Shown here in pieces: positions 38,231 to 52,975 of a stretch of 64,000 nt of DNA. Where the stretch lies: assembly GCA_951406725.2 (NCBI GenBank), contig OX597831.1, positions 68,572,001 to 68,636,000 on the forward strand, written 5' to 3'. The notes beneath the pieces were generated by a model that was not told the origin of the DNA, ran no database searches, and was given only the letters and a program-made list of their open reading frames with translations. Position 1 is the stretch's first letter, and every line of letters begins with the position of its first letter. A program made the position numbers and the translations under genes. This stretch comes from Octopus vulgaris. Taxonomy: Eukaryota.

Positions 38231-40975
38231 TTAGATAAAACTTAGATATGTTTCGACCAGAGATTGGTCCAGGCCATGTCTAACTTAATAGCACCACCTG
38301 ATAGGATTATTCGAATCCTGTTTAAGTCAAGTTTTGTTCAAGTAGTGAGTTCTTGTTGGGTGAGTTGTATCCAGTTTTGTTCAAGTAGTGAGTTCTTGTT
38401 GGGTGAGTTATATCCAATTATGGGTGGCTTGTCTGGTATTCTTTGAAGGAATCTATCCAGACTCTGTTTGAAGTTGATGGGATCCTTTTCCTCTTTGATC
38501 TCCCTCGGGACAATGTTAAATAGGGCAGGGCCTGTTGAGGAAAAGAAATTATGTTGCAGTGTACATGTATGTTGTGATCTTGAATTTGGCAGGGGACGTA
38601 TAGCCCGTGGTTCAAGTCTCGGATGAACCTTGAAGCTAATGTTTAGGTCGTTTGGGCAAAGTTGGCGGTATATTTTCCACATCGTACAAATGATGTACCG
38701 CTCACGGCGACGCTGGAGGGAGTAAAGTTTCAAGGCTTTAAGGCGATCCCAATAGTCGAGAGCAGCCATGCCTTCAATTTGTTTAGTGAGAGCCCTCTGG
38801 GGTGACTCAATTCTGGAGATGTTTTGTCTTGTGTGAGGAGACCACAGTGGGCAGCAGTATTCAAGGTGTGGCCGTACAAAGGATGAAAAAAGTGGTATGA
38901 TGACACCTTGTTCTCTGGACCGGAAAGTTCTTAAGATCCAGGAACTCATCCTACGAGCTGTATCGACCTTCTTGTTGATGTGTGCACTCCAACTGAGATC
39001 GTCATCAACAATTACACCCAGGTCTCTGATATTGTTAGAGGCTGTGAGCGGTTCCCCTGAAGGAAGAGAGTATGGTTGTTTTAGTGAGGAATTTCTTCCA
39101 AAATGCATCAGCTCAAATTTTCCCTCATTCAGTTGCATTTTGTTTCTGTCTGCCCATTGACTCACAGCATATAGGTCAGACTGGAGTTGAGTTCGGTCTG
39201 CTTCTTCATTGACGATTTGCTGGAGCTTAGTGTCATCAGCGAATATTTTCACTTTGCAGTGATGTACGACACTGGAAAGGTCGTTTACATAAATTATGAA
39301 GAGTAGCGGACCCAAAACAGTTCCCTGGGGAACACCGCTGGTGACTTTTGCTGGGTTTGAGTGGACTCCATCAACTACAACATGTTGTGTTCTATTCGCT
39401 AGGAAATACTGAATCCAGTGTAGAACTTTTCCACGGATTCCAACATTTGCCAATTTTGAGAGTAGGATGTTATGGTCTACCCTGTCGAACGCTTTACTGA
39501 AGTCAAGGTATATGACGTCAGAGTTCGAACCTGTTCCCAAGGCTTTGAGTACATCTTCAATGTGGTGTAAAAGCTGTGTTAGACAGTCCCTGCCACAGCG
39601 AAAGTCATGTTGATTTGAATTTAGGAGTTTGTGGGTCTCCAGGAAGTCAGCTATCCTTGATCTTAACACTCTTTCAAACACTTTAATGATGTGGGAGGTG
39701 AGTGAGATTGGGCGATAGTTGACTGCGAGGGATCTGTTTCCCTGTTTGAAAACCGGGATGACCGACTGGGATAGAAACTTTTTCGGTATATAACCTGCGT
39801 CTAACGAGTTTCTCCAGAGGTTGGTCAGAGGGACTGCAAGTTGATATCTACATTCCTTCAGGAGACTGGCGGGAAATCTATCAGGGCCTACAGCGGAGTA
39901 ATGTTTGACCTCATTTATTGCTGCTACGATGTCGGTGGCAGTGAAGGTTATGTCTGCGATTTTGTGTTGGGAGTCAGCTTCGTTCGTTTCCCTCACATCA
40001 ATATCAGTGGGAACACTGAAGACAGAGCAATATTGTTTCTGCAGTATTTCTGCCATTTCTTTAGCATCGTGTTGGGGAATGCCGTTTTCATCAATCAATG
40101 GCCCAATAGGTGAGACAGTGGTTCTATGCTTATTTGCATAAGAATAGAACACTTTGGGTTCTGTTTGATGTTTTTGATTACCCATTGTTCCTCCACAGCT
40201 CTTTGATTTTCAATGGAGGTTTTCATGTTAGTCTGCAGATGAAGTTTTTCCAGCTCTAGTCTTTTCATTGTTGTTGAATGTGGATGTTGCGTGTGGGAAT
40301 ATTTTAATTGGTTGATTTTTTTGTTGAGTCTTTTGATGTGCCTGATGAGTGTTTTTTTCTTTTTAGGGAGCCGGTTTCTGTTTGTGTTAGTAGATTTCTT
40401 GGGAGCGTGTTTAGAGCATGTGTCGGTGACAATGGTTTCAAAGTGCTGCCACGCGGTCTCAATATGAGGGGAATTGAGAGTAAAAGACCAGTCGATGGAA
40501 GACAGATCCTTTCTGATTGTTCTCCAGTCCGCTTTGTGGAAATTTATGTTGTCAAATGGGTGCCATGGAGTGGGATTGGCTGGTTTGATTTTTATACGTC
40601 GGGAATTAAGATTGCAGAGTACCATGTCGTGGTCTGAGAGGAGAGTTTTTTCGACTGAAATGCTGTGAACGTAGCTAGAGTGATTGGTCAGTACCAGATC
40701 CAAGATCGTTTTATTCTGTCTCGTTGGTTCAAGCACTAGCTGAGTCAGGAAATACTCGTCCATCAGATTAAAGAGCAGTTCTGCTGCTGCCCTATCTGAT
40801 GTAGAGCACTTGCCTAACTTCGGAGTATTTGTGGGCCAGTTCACATGAGGGAGGTTAAAATCACCCATCACTATTATGTTTCCGGAGTGGTACTTCCGAA
40901 GGAAGGACTTGACTTTGCTAAGGCACACTTCAAAGTACTTTAGAGGTGCCTGGGGAGGCCTGTAAAGACCAACAA
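38226..40975 (-). mobile_element. CR1-like LINE, 5'-truncated within APE, embedded in (TA)n
   Basis: APE motifs (MGDFNLPHVNW, ILDLVLTN, LSDH), RT motifs (NYRPISLTS, YLDFSKAFD, SGVPQGTVLGP, YVNDL, FADDTK, RDLGV), CR1-type C-terminus (VRPHLEYC..WSP, LYSLQRRRER), and a 3' tail of repeated TATCTAAGTTT. Confidence 0.93.
38338..40928 (-). pseudogene. CR1-like ORF2 (APE-RT) split by a 1-bp frameshift near 40154
   Basis: ORFs 40095..40928 and 38338..40185 join as ...IKNIKQNPK|VFYSYANK if one A is restored in aacccaaagtg. Confidence 0.88.
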
Positions 40976-40980
40976 TGGTT

Positions 40981-42470
<1,490 letters not shown>

Positions 42471-43351
42471 ACACATACATTCACTCACAAATGTATATGT
42501 TTATATAGATGCAACTTTATATATGAATGTGTAATAATAAAAGAAAGAGTGGGGCGGGGCGAAAGAGACGGAAGCTAGCTATTTAGCACTAACTGATAGA
42601 AGGCTGCCATGGTTTCCCAATTTCTCTTGATATGGAAGCTGCAACATCAAAATAATTGCATCTTATTAATGCTTCCCCTGCTAAAGTTATTTGCTAATGA
42701 TTTATATCTTTGTTTATGTTTTATTCAGCAGCTGAGAAGTTATCCCTTCTTGAAAATTGTTCTGCATCAGTTTCTTAAGAAAAATGTTACTTACAATAGA
42801 ATATATATTTATGTGTGCACTGAGTCATATACTCTCACACATACATTCATCTACACACACACAAGCATATATGCTTACATTTACTTCATAATATATTAAA
42901 ATTTTGATCATACCTATAATATTTTATTTATATTAATTATATTTTGGTTCTTCCATTATTCCACATATGACATTCATAGGGGAATTTCACAGCTTTAATA
43001 TTGCTTTACCTCATAGTCTTAATTTTACTTGGCACAAATACATGTAGGGAGAAATAGGAAATAATGATGCTACAATTCTGTTATTTTTCTTTTTTGAAAA
43101 GGAACAAAGACCCTATATCGTTGTGGCCAAGACAAAAGGGAAATTAGAAGTGTTTGTATCATTGATGATTTGGTTTTCCTCGAGGGCATTTAGACATTAA
43201 TTATACTGGCTTCAGTTGTGAACTGACGTGAGTTTATCATGTTGGTTCTCTGGGAATTTATCAGCTACTCTGGGATACTCACCACAAGCCAATAAATGAC
43301 TGTTACAGGTATTGCATTAACAACAGGAGTAACTGTAGCAATCTCTGGATA

Positions 43352-43740
43352 CTCTCTCTTTTACTCTTTTACTTGTTTCAGTCATTTGACTGTGGCCATG
43401 CTGGAGCTCCACCTTTAGTCGAGCATATCGACCCCAGGACTTATTCTTTTGAAAGCCTAGTACTTATTCTATCGGTCTCTTTTGCCGAACTGCTAAGTAA
43501 CGGGGACGTAAACACACCAGCATCGGTTGCCAAGCGATATTGGGAGGATAAACACAGACACACGCATACATATATATACATATATACGACGGGCTTCTTT
43601 CAGTTTCCGTCTACCAAATCCACTCACAAGGCTTTGGTCGGTTTGAGGCTATAGTAGAAGACACTTGCCCAAGGTGCCATGTAGTGGGACTGAACCCTAA
43701 ACCATGTGGTCAGTAAGCAAGCTAATTACCACACAGCCAT
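43352..43740 (-). mobile_element. tRNA-derived SINE family 1 (a 5' fragment also lies at 44645-44735 plus)
   Basis: Full-length homology to the other copies. Confidence 0.92.
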
Positions 43741-44739
43741 AGATTTTGTTGTTTGTTTTTATTTAAAATCTATCTTTGTCATTCTCCCTATTTAAGTAAT
43801 TGGGGCAATTCAAGAAACAGTTTCTGCCTTAGACATATTTTGTACTTGCAGTATTTTGTAGTATCCCTTTGTGTTTGCAGTTCAAAACAAAGTGGCAATC
43901 AACTTTGCTCTCAAATTTTCCAGGGCTGAAAGAATAAGAGCCAGTCAAGTATTGAGCTCAATATAATTTCTCTTACCTCTCCAGCAAAATGTGACCGGGT
44001 GCCTACATTTGAAATCTTTATTATTTAAGTACAATGATATTCATAATTAACAGAGAGAACATATTTTTCTGATCTGAGTTTAAGTCATACTGGAGACGAC
44101 TTTACCATTTGTTATTCAGGGATTAATCAAAATATGTATTGGTCAAGTTCTGTGTCAATTTAAAGGATTATACCTCTCTCACAAAGTGCATGGTCATGTG
44201 TCTAAAACAGAAACTGTAACTGTGCAAAAAAAACAAACAAAATTAATAAATGAAGAAACAGAAATATAATTTGTCTGTAAAATAATGACAAAAGGAATAT
44301 TTTTTGGGTTATAAACTAGCTTAAAGCCAATGAAAAGTAATTAAACTAAAATTTGTTTAATAGAAAATATATTGAATTTATGAACAGGACAAACCACATT
44401 CTATTAGAAAATTGCAACAATTAATTTCAGAGGAAGCATTTGAGTTGACAGAATTTCTTGTTACTTTTATTTCTGTTTAATTTTGATAGAAATTTATGTA
44501 TTTATATTTTTCATTCACAATTAGCTAATTTTTGTTGCTTCTCTATATCACCTTCGACTACTTTGGGAAAATTACAAAGATACAAATATTTACATGCAAA
44601 TATTTGATGAAAATATTTAAGTTTCCATAAGATAATTGTCATATAGGTGTAGGCATGGCAATGTGGTGAATAGTTTGCTTCTGAACACATGGTTCCAGGT
44701 TCAGTTCCCCTGTGCAACACCTTAGGAAAGTGTCTTAGA

Positions 44740-47520
44740 GGACTACAAGCATTTTTGTATGATAACCTACTGGTTATCAAAGAGAGAATAAAGTAGTGTT
44801 GGAGCAATGGAACAGCCCTGTTGATAGAGTCATAAAAGCTAAAAGGCAGAGGTGAAAAACAAGAAGAAAATTTCAAGGAGCAACATTAGATAGCAAGAAG
44901 GGAAGCTAAGTGCAAGGTATATGTAGCTAGTGGCGAAGCCAAAAATAAGAAATCATAGGTAGAAGTGTATCCAGGATGATAGTGGAGCACATGCCTTTAC
45001 TGATGCAGAAAAGAAAGAGCCATGAAAGTGCTATTATGCATGGTTACTGAATGAGGAGGATGCATTAGAGGAAAAGTGACTACTCCAGCTACAGCCTACA
45101 CTCACCCAACAAAGTGACTACTCCAACTACAGCCTACACTCACCCAACAAAGTGACTACCCCAACTACAGCCTATACTCACCCAACAAAGTGACTACTCC
45201 AACTACAGCCTACACTCACCCAACAAAGTGACTACTCCAACTACAGTCTACACTCACCCAACAAAGTGACTACTCCAGCTACAGCTTACACTCACCCAAC
45301 AAAGTGACTACTCCAACTACAGCCTACACTCACCCAACAAAGTGACTACTCCAACTACAGCCTACACTCACCCAACAAAGTGACTACTCCAGCTACAGCC
45401 TACACTCACCCAACAAAGTGACTACTCCAACTACAGCCTACACTCACCCAACAAAGTGACTACTCCAACTACAGCCTACACTCACCCAACAAAGTGACTA
45501 CTCCAACTACAGCCTACACTCACCCAACAAAGTGACTACTCCAACTACAGCCTACACTCACCCAACAAAGTGACTACTCCAACTACAGTCTACACTCACC
45601 CAACAAAGTGACTACTCCAGCTACAGCCTACACTCACCCAACAAAGTGACTACTCCAACTACAGCCTACACTCACTCAACAAAGTGACTACTCCAACTAC
45701 AGCCTACACTCACCCAACAAAGTGACTACTCCAACTACAGCCTGCACTCACCCAACTCCTCTTTCCAATCTCGAGATCATATTGGACCTATTGTGCTCTG
45801 TACATTCTACTTTCATCCTTTCACCCTGTATTGCCACTCGTCAGCCTATAACACAACAGTAGATTGGATGATTAAGGATTTGAAGTCAAAGAAGTCTCCT
45901 GGTCCAACAGGAATCATTGTGGAGTTGCTTAAAACGACCTGTAGTGTAGAACATGAGCTAGTTACTCATATTGTCATTCACATAATTCAGGAATGCCCCA
46001 TAACCAATGACTAGCAGAACAACATCATGATCAAATGATACAAAGGGCCATGTAGGTTCTTTAGAGAATTATAGAGGTATCAAATTGTAGGGTCAGCTTA
46101 CAAAAACTACAGAAAATATTATAGCTCAATTACTGATGAAATGCAGTTAAGCTTTGTAGCAGGAAAAGTAATACTGCTTCTATTTTCCTAGTGAGATAAC
46201 TACAAGAGACATACTAAGTGTGGTGTAGGCTGCTCTTATTGGCATTTGTTGATCTAGAAAAGGCCTTTGACATATTTCCAGATTCTGTAATTTGGTGATT
46301 GCTGAGAAGATTAGACTTAGATGAATAGCTTATGAGAGCCATACAAGCCAAAGACAGAGATACAGTCCACATAATTAGAATCAGAAATGAGTTTAGTGAT
46401 GAATTTAGCTTTCAGGTAAATTCATCAAGTGTATGTGTCAGCCCACACCTGTTCATTTCTGTCCTTCAAGCTATAAGAGGTGTTTAAGGCCAAATGCACA
46501 CGAGAACTAGTTCTTACAGCTGAATCATTGTTGGATCTAAAAAGGAAATTCCAGATGAAGACAAAATCCTAGAATTGAGAGGCCTGAAAATTAAGTTGGT
46601 GAAGGCCAAATTATTTGGAAGTAGGAGAGAAGATAGAACAGTACTAACCAAGTAAGAAGTGATCATGTTCACTATGCAGAAAAGATGGTAGGAATTCCAT
46701 ACAATGTGCTCAGCATAAACTATGGACATACATGAGGTGCACTGGAATCACAAGCAGAACTAACAGAGAAGGCAAACTTCATATGTGCACAGGGATAAAA
46801 AGCACTAAGAGTTGATATTAGATTCTACTGAATGACTGTAAGACTCCCTTGAAATATTTAATATTATAATAAATAGTTAATAGACCTAAGTGATCTAATT
46901 AGCGATGAGGTGGATGTCCTAAAAGCATACTAACCAGAATAAGTTCAGGTTAGAAAAATTTCAAGGAATTATTACCTCTGTTGACAACAAAAGAATTCTT
47001 TCTTAAAGGAAAGGGAAGATTGTATGATATAGGCACACAAGGTGTGATACTTCGTGGAAGAAAACTTTCAAGGAGCTATTACCTCTGTTAACAACAAACA
47101 GATTCTTCCTCAAAGAAGGGCAAATTGTATGATACAGGAGTAGAAAGTGCAATATGTCATAGTGGCAAAATATGGATTTTATTTGTTGAGGATTTGCAAA
47201 GACGAGAAATAAACAAAGTGATTCTGTTTTGCTGGATGTTTATTGTTAGCATGCATAAATGGTGGAGTAATATAAATCAGCTGAAAGAAAAACTGGATAT
47301 AAGAGGACTCCTGTATAGTGTGCAAGAAAGACAAGTGTGCTAATATAGGAATATGTTGTGTATGGAAGCTTTATAAAAAAAATGCTACAGGAAACAGAAC
47401 CTGTAGAAATAGATGACCAAACATTACCTAGGATGAAATGATGAAAACTGATCTCAACAAGTTGCATCTCGTGTAAGAGATGACAAAGGACTATATTGGT
47501 TGATGATTCAAGGTGTTTAA
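44740..47520 (+). mobile_element. Old decayed RTE LINE, interrupted by a 38-bp minisatellite
   Basis: Pieces IKDLKSKKSPGPTGIIVELLK, NYRGIKL, LAFVDLEKA, CSLCRKDGRNSIQCAQHKLWTYMRC and KFQGIITS; many stops. Confidence 0.82.
45073..45757. repeat. 38-bp minisatellite, about 18 units
   Basis: Unit aaagtgactactccaactacagcctacactcacccaac at 45073, 45111, 45149 and onward. Confidence 0.97.
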
Positions 47521-48369
47521 GATGACCTTATCCATCTAGCCAGGTCCATCACCAGACTTTGGTGCCTGGGGGTACTTCAGAATATTCTGGGTGGGCACTA
47601 ATTCATAATAATGCTAAAATAGTTTCAGAATACGTGTATTACTGCAAAGTTTTTTGACAATTTCGTCAATTTTGATTTAAAAATTGATTTACAAACCAGT
47701 GAGAAAAATTTCTCCAAATTTCTATTTTTTAAGCCCCATCCTCCTTTCCGTTTCTTCATGCTACCCCTCCCCTCATATGCAACTAGCTGTAACTTTTCAT
47801 TTTTGACCTTTTACGAACATTCTTTCAGAACTATTTTAAACACCAGAGATGTTAGTTACACAAAAATGCTTTCCGTTTTTGCCTCCACAATTCTCTTGTT
47901 TTAAAAGGTGCATCAAGCTGTAACTTGTTAAGATATATGGCTTAAGGTTCTAAGATTATGCTTTAGGGTTATGGTATAGATTTAAAGTTAGGCTTAGGAT
48001 CTGTTGTTAGGGTTTAGGATTAAATGAAGAGGTATACTTCTTTTACAATGCCATAATCTTACCTGTTTTTAACAGATTTATGAAGAAATTGTTAAAAAAT
48101 TTGGAATATAAACTCTGCCAATTCTAAAACATAATAGTGTTTTTAATTTTTATTATTGCACATTATTTTATCAAATTTAGCAATCTTAATAACATTATTT
48201 TAATCAATATATGACTAAATTTATTAAGTCTGGCCTATATTTAAACCAAATATTTTACAACTTCTGTAATTTGAGCTGATACTGAAAATTTATGAAATTA
48301 TTGTAAACCAATTTGATTAACTAACTAACTAACACAAATATTATATTTATCAAAAGTTCGTTGAAATAA

Positions 48370-50560
48370 CTGTAATTGCTTTGACTTAGAACTGAAATGT
48401 TCATAGAACTTTTCAATGCTCAGTTCTCTTGTGTAGCTATCCATGAATGCAAGTATACCAAGATTGCTTCATCATTGATGCATCACAGAATGGTGATAAG
48501 GCATAAGTATATCAGTCAATATAGAGAAAGATGACTTTCAAGAAACAATACCTGCAACAAATGTAAGGAAAGCGACATTCAATTTGTAGCCGTCTGGAAA
48601 AGGAACCTTAAATGAATATATTGAAGAACAGATACCTGACAGCTTCTTAGAAGTAATATTTTCTAAAATGTAATGTTTAGCAACTAATAGTCCATTACAA
48701 AATGAGCTGTCCAAATAGCTTACACTCATGAGTTCCTAAATAGAAGATAATTTGAAAACTTTTAAGAATGTTTCTGATTCAGGAGACAAAGCTATAGCAG
48801 CAAATATTTTTGTGCCATGTTCATTAAAGTAACTTTGAAGTTCTCCAATTCAGTTGTCAAAAACACTGTTGAAAATATGATTAAAAACAATATATTTGTT
48901 ATCAGAATCTTTATGACCCTGTGTTGATATTATTACTGAATATTGTGTAATGCGCTCTGGAACTCTATGAGTGCATTGAGGAATAGAACAATCGTCTTCT
49001 AAATCAAATGTCATAGCTGAGGAGAAGATGCTCTAAAATTTTCCCTCATCTAATCTCATTTCTTTCAAAATATTCAGTACAGTATCTATAAGAAGAATTC
49101 CTTCAGACAAATTGCAGTCAAGGCATTGTAACATTTTATTTGATACATCAAGAACTTTCAGAATATCTTCAAGAAGAATGGCAGTGAAGATAATTTTGAA
49201 GTTAGTAATCTTTTTCAAAATACCAGTTGCTTCAATTCTGATGTTTATGTCAGAACTGTTGTTCTGCATCTTGTAGTACTGGCACTGTGTGTTCATGATT
49301 GGTACATATAGTGGCAACAGTTACTAGTTGTCCTGACCACCACTGTTCAAATAAACACTTCAAATGTATACCTTTGTATGCAGTAAGCAACTCTGGTCTA
49401 TGCAGAAAATTTATAAAGGGATTTACAAGCTCCACAAAACAATTTTATGTGGCTAATCTCTTCAATCACATGAATTACAACCAGATGCAACTGATGATTG
49501 AAGCAGTGCACATAAGGAATTTGCATCCCAACTTTCTGCTACATTATATTCTCAACACTATTAGTATAGCCAGATATTACTGAGTTACCATCATGGCACT
49601 GAGATAAAATGCTTTGAAGTTTTAGTCCAGCATCTCCAAAACTTTGAATTATTGCATTAGCCTAACATTCAGCCTTAGAGTGTTTGCTCATAGTTAAAGT
49701 GATAAGGCTTTCTGACAGGATCCCTGCTTTTATGAACCTCACAATTATTGAACCATTTTCAGTATGAGTAGGGCCATGAGTTCTATCACATTTAATTATA
49801 AAGGAAGGATATATTTGAGTGATGAATATCTTCACTCACTTGATTCAAAACGTCTTTCATAAGTTGTATAATTTCATTTTGCATCATAACAGATGTGTAT
49901 GACACATTTTTAAGTACCATTGAAAATATTTTTTTTAACTTGGAATCTTTTGTTAGAGTGTTTTAAAAAAAGCCATAAAAATAGTCCAGAAGCTTCATTT
50001 TCATTATCATTGTTAAGACAGGCAATATTTTCATTGTAGTCACCCTGAAGTGCAAGTTCATTAAAACTGAATGACTTCTACAACAGATTGTAAATAATAC
50101 TGTTTTTTTTTGTCAGTTGATCTTCATTCACCATTATAGATGCATTCTGATTACTTGTCCTGCATTTCTGATTTTTACTCTAAACTTTCGTGGCATTTTT
50201 ATGTGCAACAAAATTGTCATACCTGCTAAAACTTTTGATTTTTGACAAAGCATTATGCCAGTTAGTATATCGTTCAACTATTGCCAGAATTCTGGGATGT
50301 ACGAAAATGACAATAGCAGAAAGCAGCCTTAGACTGAACTGAAAATTCTAACAAAGGTCTGCCAATGGACCATGAAGCACAGAAGCCTGGTTTTTTTTTA
50401 CTGCATTATTTAGGATGATACTCTGAATATTTTGGTCGACATGGCATCATATCTAATCCTGATAAATCAAGTTTGGGGAACACATCACGTTCTGCAGTTT
50501 GCTAGCATCAGCTGCTAAAAAAGTTAAAGGATGCTGTAATGTTGCAGAATTATTTACCTG
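48370..50560 (-). mobile_element. Decayed hAT transposase, Tip100/ZMYM1-like
   Basis: Minus-strand pieces LLEFSV..AAFCYCHF (TTF-type Zn finger), HLKCLFEQWWS (compare L..TRW), EATGILKKITNFKIIFTAILLEDILKVLDVSNKMLQ, and an hATC-like C-terminus. Confidence 0.7.
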
Positions 50561-51042
50561 TGGTTGATTTGAAATGGGAAAAAATCTTCTCATTATCAGC
50601 TTTTTTTCAGGTTTTGGAAGTTTTAGAATTTCTGACTGTTAAACATAAACATGATTGATCTTTGTCATTTCATTACTTTTTAATTTGAATAAAATACAAT
50701 TTTTTTAGTTCAAGCAAAATGAAATAAAATTTCTTTTATTAAAAGCAAAATATTAAAAGTTATTATTTTGAAAAATAAAGTGTTATGGGAATTTTCTTAC
50801 TGACCATCGAAAATCTCTCTTCTGACTCGATCTTTTTAAGCTGTTTCATGATTTTCATTAAAGAGATAATGTTATCATTCAAGTTGTGAGGGCAAAATGC
50901 AATTATGGAAAATCTGAAATACTTCTTATCTTTTGCAATGACAATTAAATAAAGGATGTCAAGTTTTCACTGCTAACAAAACAAGTTTTTTAGTGAAAGT
51001 GATCAATTTCTATCTCCCTTTATAATTGCTTGTGTGTGCATA

Positions 51043-51963
51043 TATTGGGTCATCCTATAAATAATGCAGTTTTTTAATGCTTCCTTTTCAAAATTAAGAT
51101 AAACAAAATTCTTTTTTAATCTAAAATATACTCTCCTTCATTTTCTATAATGCTCTTCCATCTATCTTGTAGACTTGCAAGGCCTCTCTTCCAAAATTCA
51201 CCTGTTCATGATGAAAAATACCCCTCCACCACTTTTCTGACCTTGTCTACAGAATTTCATTTTTTTCCATTCAAATGATTTTGAAGACTGTGGAATAAAT
51301 GATAATCAGATGAGGTAATGTCTGGCGAATATGGTGGGTGGGACATTGTTTCCCATTCAAACTGCTCCAGCCTTTGGAATGTCATCCTTGCTGTATGTGG
51401 CTGGGCATTATCCTGATGGAAGAACACCTTTTGTTTTGAAACCAAAGATGGTCATTTTCTGATGGCACATAGGTGTTGATGAATGGTTGAATGACCAAAT
51501 CCAAGCTTCTCTGCTAATTTCTCAACAGTTACAATGGGATTTTGTTCCATCAGGATTTGCAGAACCTCCTCATCAAGCTCCACAGACCTTCCAGGATGAG
51601 GCTCATCTTCTAGGCTGTAGTTTCCAGCTAGGAATTTCTGGAACCCCTTTTATTGTTCTGGAACTACATTTATTGTCTGATCTCCACATACTACATTAAC
51701 ATTCCTCACACTTTTCCTTGCTCTGTTGCTAATATTGAACTCATAATATGCCAAATATTCTCCTTTGTCACTTCCATGATAGCTTTGAAAAAATAACTGT
51801 TAAAATCGAACTGCACTCTTGACAACTTTCACTTGGAATAAGGACAAGGTAAAATTACTACCTGCTTTCATAGAAAGTTGATGCAGGTTGTTTATCCCAC
51901 CCTCTTCTGACTTTTAGTTTATCCAATTGAAAAAAAACACGCTATTTATAGGATGACACAGTA
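51043..51963 (-). mobile_element. Internally deleted mariner (DD34D) element with TIRs
   Basis: TIRs tattgggtcatcctataaata / tatttataggatgacacagta. Transposase pieces FHQDNAQPHTA...HPPYSPDITSSDYHLF and an N-terminal HTH are present; the region containing the first catalytic D is missing. Confidence 0.9.
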
Positions 51964-52598
51964 TGTATGTGTGTTTGTAGGTGTGTGTGGGTGTACATAT
52001 ACACATATGTTTGTGTGTGTGTGTGTGTGCATATACCTATGTGCATTTTGTGGTGTGTGGGTGTGCATGCTTATGTAGAATATTGTTCATGTTCATTAAA
52101 CAGTTAGTGGCATTGAGTTTTTCTCTGAGGAGTTTAATTGACCGGTATTTTTTTGTGGTATGTTAACAGGGTAAGTATATGATCCAGATGGTACCAGTTT
52201 AAACAGCAATCCCTATACATGAGTGCGTGTATGAGTATGTGTATGTGCACATGCATGTGCATGTAAGTGTGTGTGTATGTGTGTTTGTGTAGATGGGATC
52301 AGAAGCAGTATTGATAAAGTGTAAATGAATGAGTAAATACATACATGTATATGTTTGTGTGGGTGTTTATATTGATACATATGTATTCTAAGCATCAGTT
52401 GTATATAAATCAACATCTCACCAGCACTGATTGTGGTCTTATTTTTATTGCTGTTGTTGTTATCACTGTTGTCATTGTTGATGATGTTTGTTATTTTTGC
52501 TTTTTTTTTTCATTCAGTTTCATTTATTCCTCTATAATTTTTCTGGGTAATTTTTAACCAGTCTCTTTGGTTCATCTTGCTTTTTATTTTAGTATCTA

Positions 52599-52975
52599 CT
52601 AGCAGTATCGCCCGGCGTTGCTCGGGTTTGTAAGGGAAATAACTATATAAGCATTTTTAGAGAGTTATAGCCAAAAAATAGCAAAAAGATGCATTAAAAA
52701 TGGAAAAAAAATGATGGTAAATTTTTTTTAAATCGTTGATTCATCGTAGACATTTTTAGAGAGTTACTTCCCTTATATAATAGCGAAAAAAATGATGGTA
52801 AATTTTTTTTTAAATCGTAGACTCATCGTAGACGTACGCTAATACCAGAAGGGCTCGATATGAATCACGACTATAAGATACCCTGTTTTGGTTAAACTGC
52901 ATCGCAAAATGTGGGAGTAGTTAGGAATCTAAATCGTAGGAGATAGACACACAACCTCTCTTTTATATATAAAGA
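52599..52975 (-). mobile_element. Non-autonomous Helitron, same family as 3443-3840
   Basis: a|TC...hairpin cccgagcaacgccggg...CTAG|t, inserted at an AT dinucleotide with no TSD. Confidence 0.88.

Noticed and set aside
42551-42575. GC box GGGGCGGGGC with an adjacent ETS-like CGGAAG as a promoter
   Set aside because: Isolated short motifs with no CpG-rich context or linked exon.
47938-48022. Interstitial telomeric repeat
   Set aside because: Only two exact TTAGGG among degenerate ttagg-like words; more likely a TE-internal low-complexity tract.
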